A stretch of 59,368 bases of DNA from positions 801,383 to 860,750 of the forward strand of contig NW_003526944.1 in the NCBI RefSeq assembly GCF_000181795.1, in the 5' to 3' direction. This document shows, in pieces, positions 42,869 to 55,704 of this stretch. The position numbers and the translations under genes are program-made. Source of the stretch: Trichinella spiralis. Lineage: Eukaryota. A model generated the notes under the pieces. The model saw only the letters and a list, made by a program, of their open reading frames with translations, was not told the origin of the DNA and did not search any database. How positions within the stretch are numbered: the first letter of the stretch is position 1; each line of letters begins with the position of its first letter.

Positions 42869-45800
42869 ATGGGTAAGTCTAGTGGTGCATGCATGTTCTA
42901 TTTATATATGGACAATAGAATATAAAATATTTTTCTTTTTTAAAGCTACTGTTGAAACGGAGGAAGTAAAGTTACTTCGCTTTGATCCCTTCAAATCTAC
43001 ATTTCATCCCGCTTTTTGGGATGCTGTGACGACTAAAAAACTTGAAGAGTGGAAACTGGACGAAACACCCAAACATGTTGTCGGATATTATCAGAACAGT
43101 TAGTTGTTGTACGCGATTATTTTGTATTTTATGCTTAAACGTATGTTTATTCGGCTGAAGCTACTCGAAGTGTACTGCCAAGTTATTTTTCTCTCGACTT
43201 TAATTCACTTGACCCGGCACCCAAAGTAGCAGGCAACAGCTTTGTTGTTCACGGTTTGTTGTACATCTTGAATACGCTGGAAAAATTCGCTGCAGTGGAC
43301 AAAAAAGAACTGATGACAGATATTGGAAAGCAGGTTTGTTTTCAATTTAATACCACATATGTGCTTTTTCCTTTTTCATTTATTTATTTGCAGAGAGAGG
43401 TAAATGATCAAAATTTTTTAAGATTTGGAATGACATTGACACCAAAGTTTGGCTCCAGAATCCATCACTGCTGAATCGGTTCATTTTATTAGTGCACATA
43501 GTATAACATTCTTGTCAGAATATTTCAATGGCTTCATAAATTGTTGAATTTTAATTTAGGACGCAAAAAAATATCTTTATGATTTTATGATTGGTTTTCC
43601 AGCTTTTAATGTTTCTGACATGTTTTTCGCCTCTGAACCTGAACAGTTTAGCAAGCTTGATGTTGACTTTATGAAAGCAATTCAGCGTGTCTGTCTCGAA
43701 GCTCAACGGGATCTTCTTCCATATTTTGTAATATTAAAACAAGACGATGAATATGTTTTGAAAATGCTGAATGATCCAATATGCGAGACAGTGACTGAAG
43801 ACAAAGTAACTTTTCCATACTGTTTCAGTTGTTGTTTTGTTGAATTTTTTTGTGCTGTTGGAACTACGTATAAAAATTCTGCTTAATTATTTTTGATGAT
43901 CACTTTCAGATATTTCTTGCCTTTGCTGATCCGTCTGCTTCGCCAAAATATGCAGGTTGGCCGTTGAGAAATTTCCTTAAAGCCTGGAAAGTATTCAGGT
44001 TTGTACATTTTTATTCTGTTGTTTATTGCTTATATTGTTTGTGATTTTCTTTTTTGTTTCTACTTTATTGAAGACCAGATTTTACTTACGTGCGTGTGAT
44101 TTGTTGGCGTTATACGTCATTTAATTCGATCGATCAACCGACAAACAGCTTACTGTTGCACATATCTATGCAGTGTGATAAGGATGCAATAGCTACTTTT
44201 CTTCCAGTTGTCGGATGGGAGAAGAATTCAGAAGGAAAAGTGAAAAGTGTACATATGGATCTGAGCGCTCAGATGGATCCGAACAAGTAGTAGTAGTAGT
44301 AGTAGTGTTCATACTGTAAATGTTTTACAGTGATGTGTGATTTTATTTTAGAATTGCTCAGAGTGCAAGCAAATTGAATTTGCATTTGATGCGTTGGCGT
44401 ATTGTTCCTGAATTGAATTTAAGTTTACACTGGCAAACATCTTGCTTGCTGTTTGGTGCCGGCACGTTGGGTTGCAATATAGCTCGTTGTCTTGGAGTAA
44501 ATTTTGGCGTTGTTCATAGTTTTTCAATATATATAGAGCTGATGTTTCTTTTTTCAGTTTTTTTGCGATCTATGCGATTTATATTTAGGCATGGGGATTT
44601 GGTCGAATCACTTTTGTCGACAACGGGCGAGTTTCTTACAGTAATCCGGCAAGGCAGTCGTTGTATTCAATTAAAGATTGTATCGGCGGCAGAAAATGGA
44701 AATGCGAAGCTGCTGCTTCAGCACTTAAAGATATTTATCCAGATATGGTAACTGTTATCTTTCATTATCATGTTATTCTATATTAGTGTTAGTGTTTGAT
44801 TATGTGTTTAATTTGCATTTTTACCTGATGAGAAAAATGTTGATCAACTGTGACAAGAATGATGAAACTTCTATCATGCTGAGTGATGGATGATCACTCA
44901 AGTGCCAAATGTTTTTTTTTCTAATTTTCATGTTCAATAATTTTGTTTAGGAAATTGCCGGAGAACGTATGACAGTTCCTATGCCTGGCCATTTCGTTGA
45001 TATAGAAGGTATTTTGTCGTGAATGTCGTGTTGAAGTGTTTTTCAGTGTTCGCTAAATTTTAGGCGAGAAGGAGCAGTCGTTTGCAGAAGATGTTAACAG
45101 ATTGGAACGACTAGTGTCTACTCATGATATTATATTTCTATTATTCGATACACGTGAAGCCCGATGGTTGCCAACTCTACTGTCTTGTCTTCACAATAAG
45201 GTGGATATGATTAAAAAATCATAAATTTATAAAAATAAGCTGTTTTTTTGTTTTATGCCTTTGAAATGTGATCAACTTTTTTATTTTCGTTTCAAGATCG
45301 CAATAACCGTTGCGTTGGGATTCGATTCGTATCTTATTCTTCGCCATGGATTTGGCTGTGGTAAAAAGTCTGCCACTGATGATTCGGATGTTCACAGTCC
45401 ACTACAAAATGTCGAATCGACGACTTCAGCAAGTGGTACAAATTTGGCTTGTTATTTTTGCTGCGACGTCACGGCGCCTGGCAATTCCACCCGAGATCGA
45501 ACTTTGGATCAACAGTGTACAGTAACCCGTCCTGGTGTGTCGATGATAGCTTCTGGGTTGGCTTGTGAATTAGTCACCTCGTTGATTCAGCATCCCCTGC
45601 AAGGGCAAGCTCCGGTCGAGAAGCCCGACAGCGGCGCCAACCGATCCTGCCTGGGCGTCATTCCGCACCAGATTCGCGGCTACGTGAATCGCTTCGACCA
45701 GTGGAACCTGACCGTCGAAAGGTTCGCCTCCTGCATCGCTTGCAGTGAGCCAGTGATCGACCAGTACAAACGCGGTGGTTTCCGTTTTGTCGCCGACGTA

Positions 45801-45908
45801 TGCAACGATCCGACACTTCTGGAAACCATCACCGGACTTGATCGTCTCAAAGACGATGCCAAAGATATGCTTGTCATTGAACTCGGTGACTCGGATGTTT
45901 CCATATAA
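42869..45908 (+). CDS. atg-7: Ubiquitin-like modifier-activating enzyme ATG7
   Basis: [29 protein letters not shown]...[82 protein letters not shown], and catalytic [13 protein letters not shown]. Confidence 0.96.
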
Positions 45909-46138
45909 TCAGTCCAATTGCGTGGTTTGGGTTTCTGGAAAACTTTTGCTTTTCTGTTATTTTAAATTGTTCTTTGATATAAAAAAAATCGAGAAATTTC
46001 TCTCACTTGTTCATTTTTCATTTTATTATCACGTTTGGCAACGTGTGAAATATATGCGATTCATTTTTCGCTTGGATTTTTATCGTTTTAATGGAATGAA
46101 TGATTGTTTTTTTGATTTAATTTTTATAAGCTGAACGA

Positions 46139-49100
46139 ATGATCAGACCGGATGAGAAATTGTTGGAAAATTGGAAAAATCAAACCACATCTTCGATCAA
46201 ATCGATCGAAGATCGGCTTCTGTTAGACGAAGTTGGTGTGGAAGTGAACACTGGAATTTTGTACAACACCAATTTGACCGCTTTCAGTGTCCAGCAGCAG
46301 CGTGTTCGACTGCCCATATACAAGGTGATATGCGATTTATTATTTGCATTTTGTTCGTTCGCTTACTGCTATTCGGGTTCTTTTTCACAACAATATGCTA
46401 AATTATGCTTCTTATCGCTTTTGTTGCAGAACAGAGATGTCATACTGTATTTAATTGAAAAATATCAAACGTTGATCATTTTTGGCGAGACTGGTTGCGG
46501 TAAGAGTACACAAATTCCACAAGTACTGTCGATTGATAATTTTTTACCGCTTACATTGTCGTTACAGTTAAGTCTCTTTTTATCAAATTTTAGTATTTGC
46601 TCGAAGCAGGCTGGGCAGAGAAGCAGAAAATTTGTGTTTCTGAACCCCGTCGTGTTGCCGCTGTGACGGTAAAACAGAAATGAAAATTTGTCTTTTATTA
46701 TTATTTTTTTATGAATATTTTCAATAATTATAATAATAATTATGCCCATTTGAATTGTGGAATAGCTTGCAACGAGAGTAGCTGAAGAGCGGGCTTCGAT
46801 TCTGGGACACGAAGTTGGCTATGTAGTGCGTTTCGATGACTTCACTCAGTCGGATAAAACACGTATCAAGGTAAATTGGATTTTCAAATTTATTTTCTAA
46901 GTTTTATTTTAAAAAATTCATTTTACACTGCTAGATGAAAATTTGAAATTCCAAAAGATCATTTCTGTATGTGCCTTTCATTATAATGTAATGTATACTT
47001 TTTCAATTTTACTTTACAATTGTATAAATGATTATTTTAGATGGACGATTTATTTATTTATTTATTTATTTATTGTACTGAAAGTTATCTCTTGTTTTCA
47101 ACAGTAAATACACTGAGTAAAATATATTACTTTTAGTTTATGACTGATGGTATTCTCGTGCGGGAAATAATGAAAGATCCTTTGTTAAATCAGTTCAGGT
47201 ACAGCTTTGACGTCTTTCATTTACAGTATTATTTGAAAATTAAGTGAACATGTCTGTTTTCTAGTGTTGTCATAGTGGACGAAGCGCATGAACGAAACAT
47301 CAACACAGATATCACCCTTGGATTGTTGCGTAAAGTAAGCAGTTAATTATTTATTAAGTGACAATTTATTACAATAACTCTTATTAGTAACGGCACGATT
47401 CAAGTATACATGATATGATATGATTTGCTTAAGACTTAATAATTAAATCTTTAAGATTTGCAGATATAATTTACTTACTTTTTGTCATTTATTATTGCAG
47501 ATAATTGCAAAACGACCTGAATTACGCTTGATTATTTCTTCTGCAACTTTGGATGCAAAAGAGTTTCACAACTTCTTCAATATAAATGATTCTGATGACC
47601 CAAGCCGTAACACTTCTTTCATATTGTCTGTAGAAGGTCGAACTTGCCCTGTTGACGTATTTCACTTAAAACGGTATAAAAGAATTCTTATTTAAACGAC
47701 TTACTGAAACAGTAGGCGATTTTTGCAGCCCAATTCCGGACTACGTCAAAGCATCCGTTATTACAGCAATTAATATACATCGAACAGAGCCACCAGGTGG
47801 AGATATTTTGATATTTTTAACTGGCCAAGATGAAGTAGTCAACTGTTGCGACATGCTGAAGTATATATATATATATGTGGCAAGGGTATTTTTAAAAATT
47901 GCATAGTTATTGCTTTTCTGTTGCAGGGAAGAGAGTAAAAAGTTGAAAGGATACGATCGACTTTGGATTGTGCCCATTTACGGTGCGCTGCCGTTTAAAG
48001 AGCAGGTTTTTCATACTACTATACATTGCGTTGGATTTATGCAGTCGACTCATCAGTTGTTTGTTAATTGATCTAGATCAAAGTGTTCGATTCTTCCCCT
48101 TCAGGAACACGAAAAGTTACCGTTGCTACTAACATTGCTGAAGCATCCATTACTATTCCTGGCGTTGTTTATGGTTTGTTCGTTAGCATAATTTAATTTT
48201 CAGTAATTTTTTGAAAACTTATTTCAGTTATCGACTGTGGTTTTGTGAAAATGCGAGCACTGCATCCGGATACTGGCATCGAATCGCTGATGATTGTGCC
48301 CATTTCACAGGCATCAGCTCAGCAGAGGTCTGGTCGCGCTGGTCGCATCCGTCCTGGTAAAGCATTCAGACTTTACCCAGGTATGTTGAACTGCTGAGTA
48401 CTTATTAATAGATGTAATGTTTGTTAATGATTATTATTATTATTGTTGTTGTTGTTGCTGCTGATGTAGAATCTGAATTCGATAAGCTGCGTGCATTTAC
48501 CGTTCCCGAGATTCAGAGAATTCATTTGGCACCTGCTTTGTTGCAGCTAAAAGCGTTGGGCATTAACAACGTGCTTCGTTTCCATTATTTATCGGTAAAG
48601 TAAATTGTGTTTTTTTTTACAAATTTTTCATTTCATTTTCACTCATACCTACAGAGACCCCCAGCGATGTCAATGAGTCGAGGCTTAGAATTACTTTTAG
48701 CACTTGGTGGTAAGTTCAGTTTGTAATTTAATTGTTTTACAATTACCAATCACATTGTCAATTTACATGGCTGTCATGTGTTTTTGTACGCTTTAGCAAT
48801 AGATGAAGATGGAAAATTGACTTCTCCGTTAGGTGTACAAATGGCTGAACTTCCACTGCCCCCTATGCACGCCAAAGCTCTTTTAGTATCTGGTCTGCTT
48901 AAAGCACTTGAACAAGTTGGATTTTATTTTATTTTATTATTTATGAATTTTCTTTTTCAAGGCTCGTTGCACTGTAGTGAAGAGCTGTTGAGCATCATGG
49001 CAATGCTTCAGGTGCAAGATATATTTTTATCTCCATTTGGAAGCAAACACAAAGCGGTATTATTTATAATAGATTATTTTTTCTTTCATTATTTGACAAT

Positions 49101-50012
49101 TGACAATTTTATTCCTGTTGCAGGAAATAATGAAAAGAAAATTTTCAGTAGAAGATGGCGATCATTTAACAATGCTGAATGTTTACACTTGTTTTACGGA
49201 AGTTAGATTGTTGAAGAATAGAGAATAAATTGCAAATGGGAAAAAAGATTGATTGATTATTTTGCATTTTATTAAGGCAGGAAAAACTCAGCGATGGTGT
49301 GCAGAGCATTATGTGAATTATAAAGGTCTGTGCCGTGCAACGGAAATTCGAGCTCAGCTGTTGACTTTCCTTCGTCGATTCAAGATTCCCATCGTCAGTT
49401 GTTTTGGTACTGTCGAATGTGTCAGCTGTTTCTGTTGTTGGTCATTTATTGTCAAATTTCAGGGCGACTGGACGCTATTGATCGCATCAAGCAAGCTTTG
49501 GTGTCAGGATTTTTCAGCTGCGCCGCCAAACTTGATCACACGGGTACATACAGAACGATTCGAGAAAATTTTCCACTAAAAATTTCCAAAGGGTCAGCGC
49601 TGATGTATCGAAATGAATATCCCAAATGGTATATATACTTGGATTTGTATTCGTACAGTTGTACAGGATTATCATTAATTGCAAATTTGTTTCAAGGATC
49701 ATATTCAATGAAGTCATGCAAGATTCTATGCGCGATATTACAGCAATCGATCCGGAATGGCTGTATGAATTGGCTCCACATTTTTACGAATATGGAACGG
49801 CAAGTTTCAAAATTTTTTCATTTTTACATAACTGCTAATACTTCATTACATTGTGATTATATTTTCACGTGAATTGCATTCTGCTGAAATTTTTTTATAT
49901 TCTTGTTTTATTAAAAGAAAAACATTTTTTACAGGCTAATGAAGTACTGAACAAGAGGATGAAAGTTATTAAAACAGAAGTTGGCAGTTTGGAAACTGCT
50001 AATGATAAATGA
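46139..50012 (+). CDS. DHX35: DEAH-box RNA helicase DHX35
   Basis: [88 protein letters not shown], then HA2/OB region to [10 protein letters not shown]. The short N-terminus fits DHX35. Confidence 0.9.
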
Positions 50013-50396
50013 AAAGCCAGTGTTATTGATGCACATCAATTTACCTCAACACGTACGTTTACTTTTCTGTTAAATTTCTTGTTAATTGTGCTAATTTTAC
50101 TTATTAAGAAAAAATGCTTCTTTTTCTACAGTTATTCTGTAAATTGAACTCTGAAAAAATTAATGCTTGTTAAGCATATACCTGAGAAATTTGAAAATTA
50201 TTAAAAATCTATAATAAAATTTCATTTAAAACTTTTCTTCAACCATTTCGAAATTCTAGGTAAATAATAACAGCTGATCGTAAACCGATTGAGCAGAAAG
50301 GTCCAAATGGAATTTCAAAAAATGTTTCGTTCAAATATTCCTTTACTATTATTGGTAATCAGCCAACTAGATGACTACGGTTTTGTAATAAATTAG

Positions 50397-50770
50397 CAGT
50401 TTTACGAAGCTGATTTAGCCAAAGTCAGCGATCCTTCTATCGGTATGTTTACAAATGTTCGAATCATGCATGATAATTTTCAAATGCCATGCTAGCTCAA
50501 TGCCTCAATTTACGCCAGGCAAACAAATGTGCATTTCCAGGTCAACAAAGTAACTTTATGATAATTTGAAAATGAACGATGATGTCGATAGTATTCTACT
50601 GAAAGCATTTTGTGCCCTTTCAAATCCAGAAGCGATTTTCTATACATAACATAAAGATCTCTTAATTATGACCAGGCGATTACTGTATAAACATTCTCTC
50701 GCTAATATAGAAAACTCCCTACCAAGCCGGGTAATTTTCTCATTTTTGGTGCTCCGATTCAACAAGTACG
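50397..50770 (-). mobile_element. Decayed 3' fragment of a probable RTE-type non-LTR retrotransposon
   Basis: Visibly homologous to about 56775-57110, including an exact 20-mer GTAACTTTATGATAATTTGA at 50550-50569 and 56899-56918. Minus strand 50636-50592 reads IASGFERAQNAFSRI, like the RTE post-RT motif I..RI.KA..AFGRL. Confidence 0.5.
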
Positions 50771-51544
50771 TTGTGGGGTGGTACCCAATTAAGGAAATAC
50801 CAATGAAGTGAAGATAAAAGCTGTAACGCGCTTTTGCAAGCATAATTTAAGAATTCTTATATTTGAGCAATTTTTTTAAATCAAAGGGATAATTTTAAAT
50901 GCGCTTTCACTGTTTATGAAGCATCTGGTTCATTCAATTGGAAATTATTGAATTTAATTTCCATCATGATCCATCCATTATGATAACATATTTGCATTAC
51001 ATTACGTTCTTGTTAATGTGGAATCTGATCGTCTTGAATTCTTTATTTCGTGAAATTTTATGGTGTATTTGGACTTTTTCATTCAACACGTTTTCTGTCA
51101 AATGCCTCTTTGATTTCTTTTTATGTTTTTTTTTCATTAGTGAAATTTTCGTATTCTGCTTTTTATATTTTTTTTCACTTAATTACATTCCCCAAATTTA
51201 CATTCGACAGGTACAATGATAATAATAATATGGCCTAGTTGAAGTTATATGTTCTAGTTCTTTTTATGACTTAAGGTTAACGGATGGATGTTCACATGAG
51301 TTTAGTCAAAATTAATTTCATATGTATGTAATTCATAATGTAAATAAGGACGCAACTTTCGCTACTTGACAGTGTTAATTAGATTAAAGTTACTGCACTT
51401 AATTACTGACAGAAAATTTGGTTCTTATACCAGAGGCAAAGCCGTAAATGATTACATAAGAATAGAGCAGAATTTAATTTTAACTCTAACTTTAAAGTAT
51501 TCTTCGAATGCATATGGAGAAAAGCAGTTTTTACTAATATTCAG

Positions 51545-53567
51545 GTTTAATGTTTCAATGGTTTCTTGTTGAAACGCGTTCGACAGGTATCTGCTTTTGA
51601 ATTTATTTTAAAATTTCTCAAAAAAAGCAACTTTACATTTTCTGTCTTGGTATATTATGTCTTGCTATGCATAATAGTGATTATGTTCGTTTTTCACAAA
51701 ATCACATTACTACCCAAGACTAGAGCAGTGGCCACAATGAAGCAGTTGAATTGATAGTTTCAACTGTGCCGAAGTGTTCCTACATTTAATTGCTAATTCA
51801 AATTTCTCATTTCAATGCACATTTTACAGTAGTTGCTTGAAATATGGTTGACGTTGTTTTCATCATTTTTCAAGCTATCTTTTGCACTGTCGGAAAGATG
51901 TGGATGTGTTAAGCGTAAGCATGTTGTTGATGCACTGCGTTGCGACATCGTATACCCGTTGTGAAAGTGAGCAGTTTTGTTTGTGTTGTAAATATGCTTG
52001 TTGTTCAGTGATTTACTTTAAACAGGTATCAGTATGTACGTGCCGACCGTGTGAATGGAATTCCGGCGACTGATTACAGAAATTGCTCCTGACATGAAAG
52101 GATTCATGGAGGAGGAGGAGGAGGAGCAGAAAGATGTAGAAGAATTTCTCAAAATACACTTTGGTCGTAGATGTCAAGTGGAGCCGGACATTAAACATTC
52201 GTGAGAATTTGTTATTGTTCCTTTGACTAAATCATTATTGACATGGATAAAACATTTTACTCTTTTCAGATCTAATGAAAGTAGCTATTTATTCCAGCTT
52301 ATCTGCGGTGATCAGCAGCCGTCATCGCAAAGCTGCAAAACCGTAGTTAGCGTGCAACAATCATTATTGGAGCTGAATTTTTTTGATTTGAACATTTTAT
52401 TAAAGAGGGTCTGTGAGGGTAAAGGACTACTGTTTATAAGTATGCGTTTGCTTTATATATTTCGATTTTCATGCTTTAGATTCACACTCGATTTATTCTT
52501 CAAATCCCTGGTTATTGTAAAGAACGTCTGTAACGTGGTGTTTTGCCATCATTGGAGCTGGACATATCCAGCATTTTGCTTTGTCGTGAGTGAATTTTGA
52601 TAATGATTTTCAATTTTTGGCGTCAGTTTTCAATACAACGTTTACAAGGTTTGAGCAGTATATATTGATAAGTTTCCAAAATGAATTTCTTACTTTCGAA
52701 TTTGACAGCATACTACATTTTAATATTAACAGAAATTATTGTTGTAGAATGATTTTTTTATGATATAGTAGTATTTTTACTGTTATTATTAATGTAAATA
52801 GTATGATTTTTCTGAAAGCATTGTTTAACCAGTTTGTGAAGCGTATTTAATATATTTTGGAACATTAAAATTTTATTTTTTAGATCCACACGTGTGCTGG
52901 AAATGTTCATCTTTAGCTAATTTACAATGTCTAGAATGTTATTTGACAGAAACTCATTGGTTAAATGAAACATTTTTTTGCTTCAACTGCTTTCGAGAGG
53001 TATTAGAGATTTATAGTTGAAGTAGAGAATATGCTTTTTGAATATTTTTTTCAATCTTCTGGAAATATAGTTTCATTGTGCTCTGAAGAGCGAACAGGAT
53101 CATGCTGTTGTCACGCTGCCCAGCATAGATGTTCGATCACCGCCTAGTCCTGTGATTTTACAGCTAGCTGCTGTATTGTGCATCGAGAGTTCGCATTATG
53201 TTAGCTTTGTAAGAGTTGGGGACCGACCAGAATCGGATTGGATTTTTTTCGACAGCATGGCAGATAGAGAAGGTGATTTTTGTAAATAGATTCTGATGCT
53301 TTTTGTTTTTTACGTTTTCATATCCTATATCCAGTTAGTAATATTTATTGTATTATTGTTAATATCTTCTGTACAGGAGAAGAAACTGGATACAACGTTC
53401 CAGAAGTTCGCCTATTTTCTGACTTTAGCCGTTGGCTATCACCAGAAAATGTAGATCAATTGCATCGCAGCACAATTGATTCCAATGCTTGTGCACCGTT
53501 TGAAAGGCTTATAACAGACTGTTATTTGTGCTTTTACTACTGGGCAGATGGTTTGTTGTATTCATGA
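51545..53567 (+). pseudogene. CYLD: CYLD-type deubiquitinase (USP domain) pseudogene, 5' part decayed or missing
   Basis: Intact 3' exons: B-box [52 protein letters not shown]...DCYLCFY. Lesions further 5': frameshift near 51915, TGA at 51962-51964 (IVYPL*K), +1 insertion at 52054-52055 (YVRADRV/MEFRR), TAA at 52531-52533 (KERL*RGVLPSLELDI). No Cys-box (GH.NSCY) or CAP-Gly exons found. Confidence 0.88.
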
Positions 53568-53754
53568 AACATTTGCATTTAGCATTAATTTGTAATTAAT
53601 GTTACCATTTATCATTTGCAAAAAATGAAATGAATAATGTATTTGAACTGTTATGTAGGTTTCATAATCAAGATTTTTAGATGTCAAAGTGTTTTTTATT
53701 TTTCACTTCGTATACGATCTGATGGTAAAATAAATTCTAAAAATACAAATCATA

Positions 53755-55530
53755 CTATTCAGCTCGAGACTTCATGCGATCCACTTGCTTGATGAGCGTT
53801 TCGACCAATGCTTTCTCTTCGCTTTTCGATTCTCCGTCTAGTCCAAGATTTTCTGCATATTCTTTGAGAACCTGTTGAATACTTTCCAAAAACAGCTGAT
53901 GCAAGGCCAATAGCTTCATCGTTTGCTGTGCCAGGTTATTATCCCCTTTGACAAGTACCAGAGAGAAAATGAAACCGATCGACTGTAATGTGGAAAGCCC
54001 ATTTTCCAGCTTGTCCAAGTAAATCTTGTTATCGTCAGACGAACTGGTATGCGTTTTCTCGAAATCTCTCACACGCAACCAGTACTTCTTATGCAGCTTT
54101 GCGAGACGTTTCAATTTTTCGAAGTTTCTTTCAGAAAACTTTTTTATTACTCGCTCCTGTTGTGAAGAATCGCAATACTTTAACAAGGAGCTCAAAATTG
54201 AACAGACATGCTCTTCTTGTTCTTCTATTGAAAAGTGTTTACGGATTCTGCGACTCACTGGACGCATGAAAAATGCAAAAATTGTACCCAAGCCACCTAC
54301 TTCGACAAATTTGTTACAGTTTTCCTTCGAATCCGGACTCTTGGTCGCGTAATCCAATGCCCTCAATGCCCATCCTAGACCTGATTTGGACTTTCTAATG
54401 GATACTTTTTGAATTATACAACTGTCTATTTAAATAAGTAAAAACTGAAGTACTTACCGAAGCATCATAAGCACCACTTGAAAGCCTTCACCTTCTCGAA
54501 ATTTGTGCTTATTTGGGACATAAAGCAGAGAAAGGCATAAAGAAGAGAAAACGTTTAACATGCTTTGCTTTTTGCTCGCTAAGCAAGGATCTGGACGTCT
54601 ATAGCCGGCAAGCAGTTCCAGCAAAATATCGATTCCATTGTTTTCATGTAAAACTTTTTTACATTCACCACTATTTTCCATTAAAGTGTCAAGAAATTGA
54701 CAACAGTATACTTTGTTTTCGTCATACGGAAGAATTTTCATTTTCAAACGATCTAGCACCCATTGGACATAGCCGCATTGAACGGCTTCATCGGCCGCGT
54801 TGGTAGTCTTCTCGATCATGTTCTGAATCACGGCCATTGTAGAATAAACTGCAATAGCTTCCAATGGATTATCTTCATTCAATCTTTTCAAATTTGTAAG
54901 CAAACATTGCGGCGCCTGAGCATCCATCAAAGCATCAACCAAAATTGAAAGATTCGGTGATTCAGGTATGATTTCGGTCATTTCCTAAAATAAATTTCAT
55001 GCCTGTAGTTAAGCAAGAAGAATAGAAAGAATATATTAAAATTCTGTATACGTAAAACAGATCAGCTACTGCAACACCAATGTCGGAATTTGGATGCAAT
55101 AGAAGCTGACACAGACTGGATACAGTGTTCAGGCGAACAAAAAGTGCATAGAAGTGAGGTGCATCAGACAATAATTGAAGTTCTCCTATTGCCACGTTCA
55201 ATTCCATATCACTATCCGTTAATTTAGTCGGATCATCAGGGTATTTGATTCGCATTTCTTGATTTTTAGCTGCCATTTTTTCAAAATTGAAAATCAGTCG
55301 TCTCACATAAGATTCACTCAGCGGTTCCAATAATCCGTCTCCAACAGTTTCATATGAATGATCGAGACGCCGACGGTTGCTTTCTCCATTTTCTTCATCT
55401 ACATTTCTACCCTCGCTAGTCGAATTAATACTCTGCTTTACAGAAAAAATAATATCAAAAGTTACATTTAAATCGGTGGTATGTTATTTCTTACCGACTG
55501 TAAACTTTCATTGACGTTAATTGCAGACAT
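53755..55530 (-). CDS. CTNNBL1: Beta-catenin-like protein 1 (Prp19/CDC5L complex), 4 coding exons
   Basis: LIFNFEKMAAKNQEMRIKYPDDPTK, LLLHPNSDI..AVADL, YDENKVYC, NGIDILL, FREGEGFQ, ALRALDYA..NCNKFVE.GGLGTIF, EEHVCSILSSLL, EKLKRL. The ORF is open across GT-AG introns. Confidence 0.9.
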
Positions 55531-55704
55531 CGTGTTTATCTAAAAGAACAAAAACAATCTTTACCGAAGAATGAAATGCATAACAAGTAAGAGAAAAATT
55601 CTTCATAAGACGTTCAGAAAGACGCAGCAAAACACAACTTAATGAGGGAACATTTAAAATTTAGCACTAAAGCGAAGAGATAAAAGAGTTGCACAGTTTC
55701 TCAG

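Noticed and set aside
44825..44835. CTGATGA-GAAA hammerhead ribozyme core
   Set aside because: There is no stem II between CUGAUGA and GAAA, and no stems I or III.
50307..50550. Apparent 5' exons of CYLD (MEFQKMFRSN...)
   Set aside because: No CAP-Gly or USP similarity; most of the region aligns with the repeat at 56775-57110 instead.
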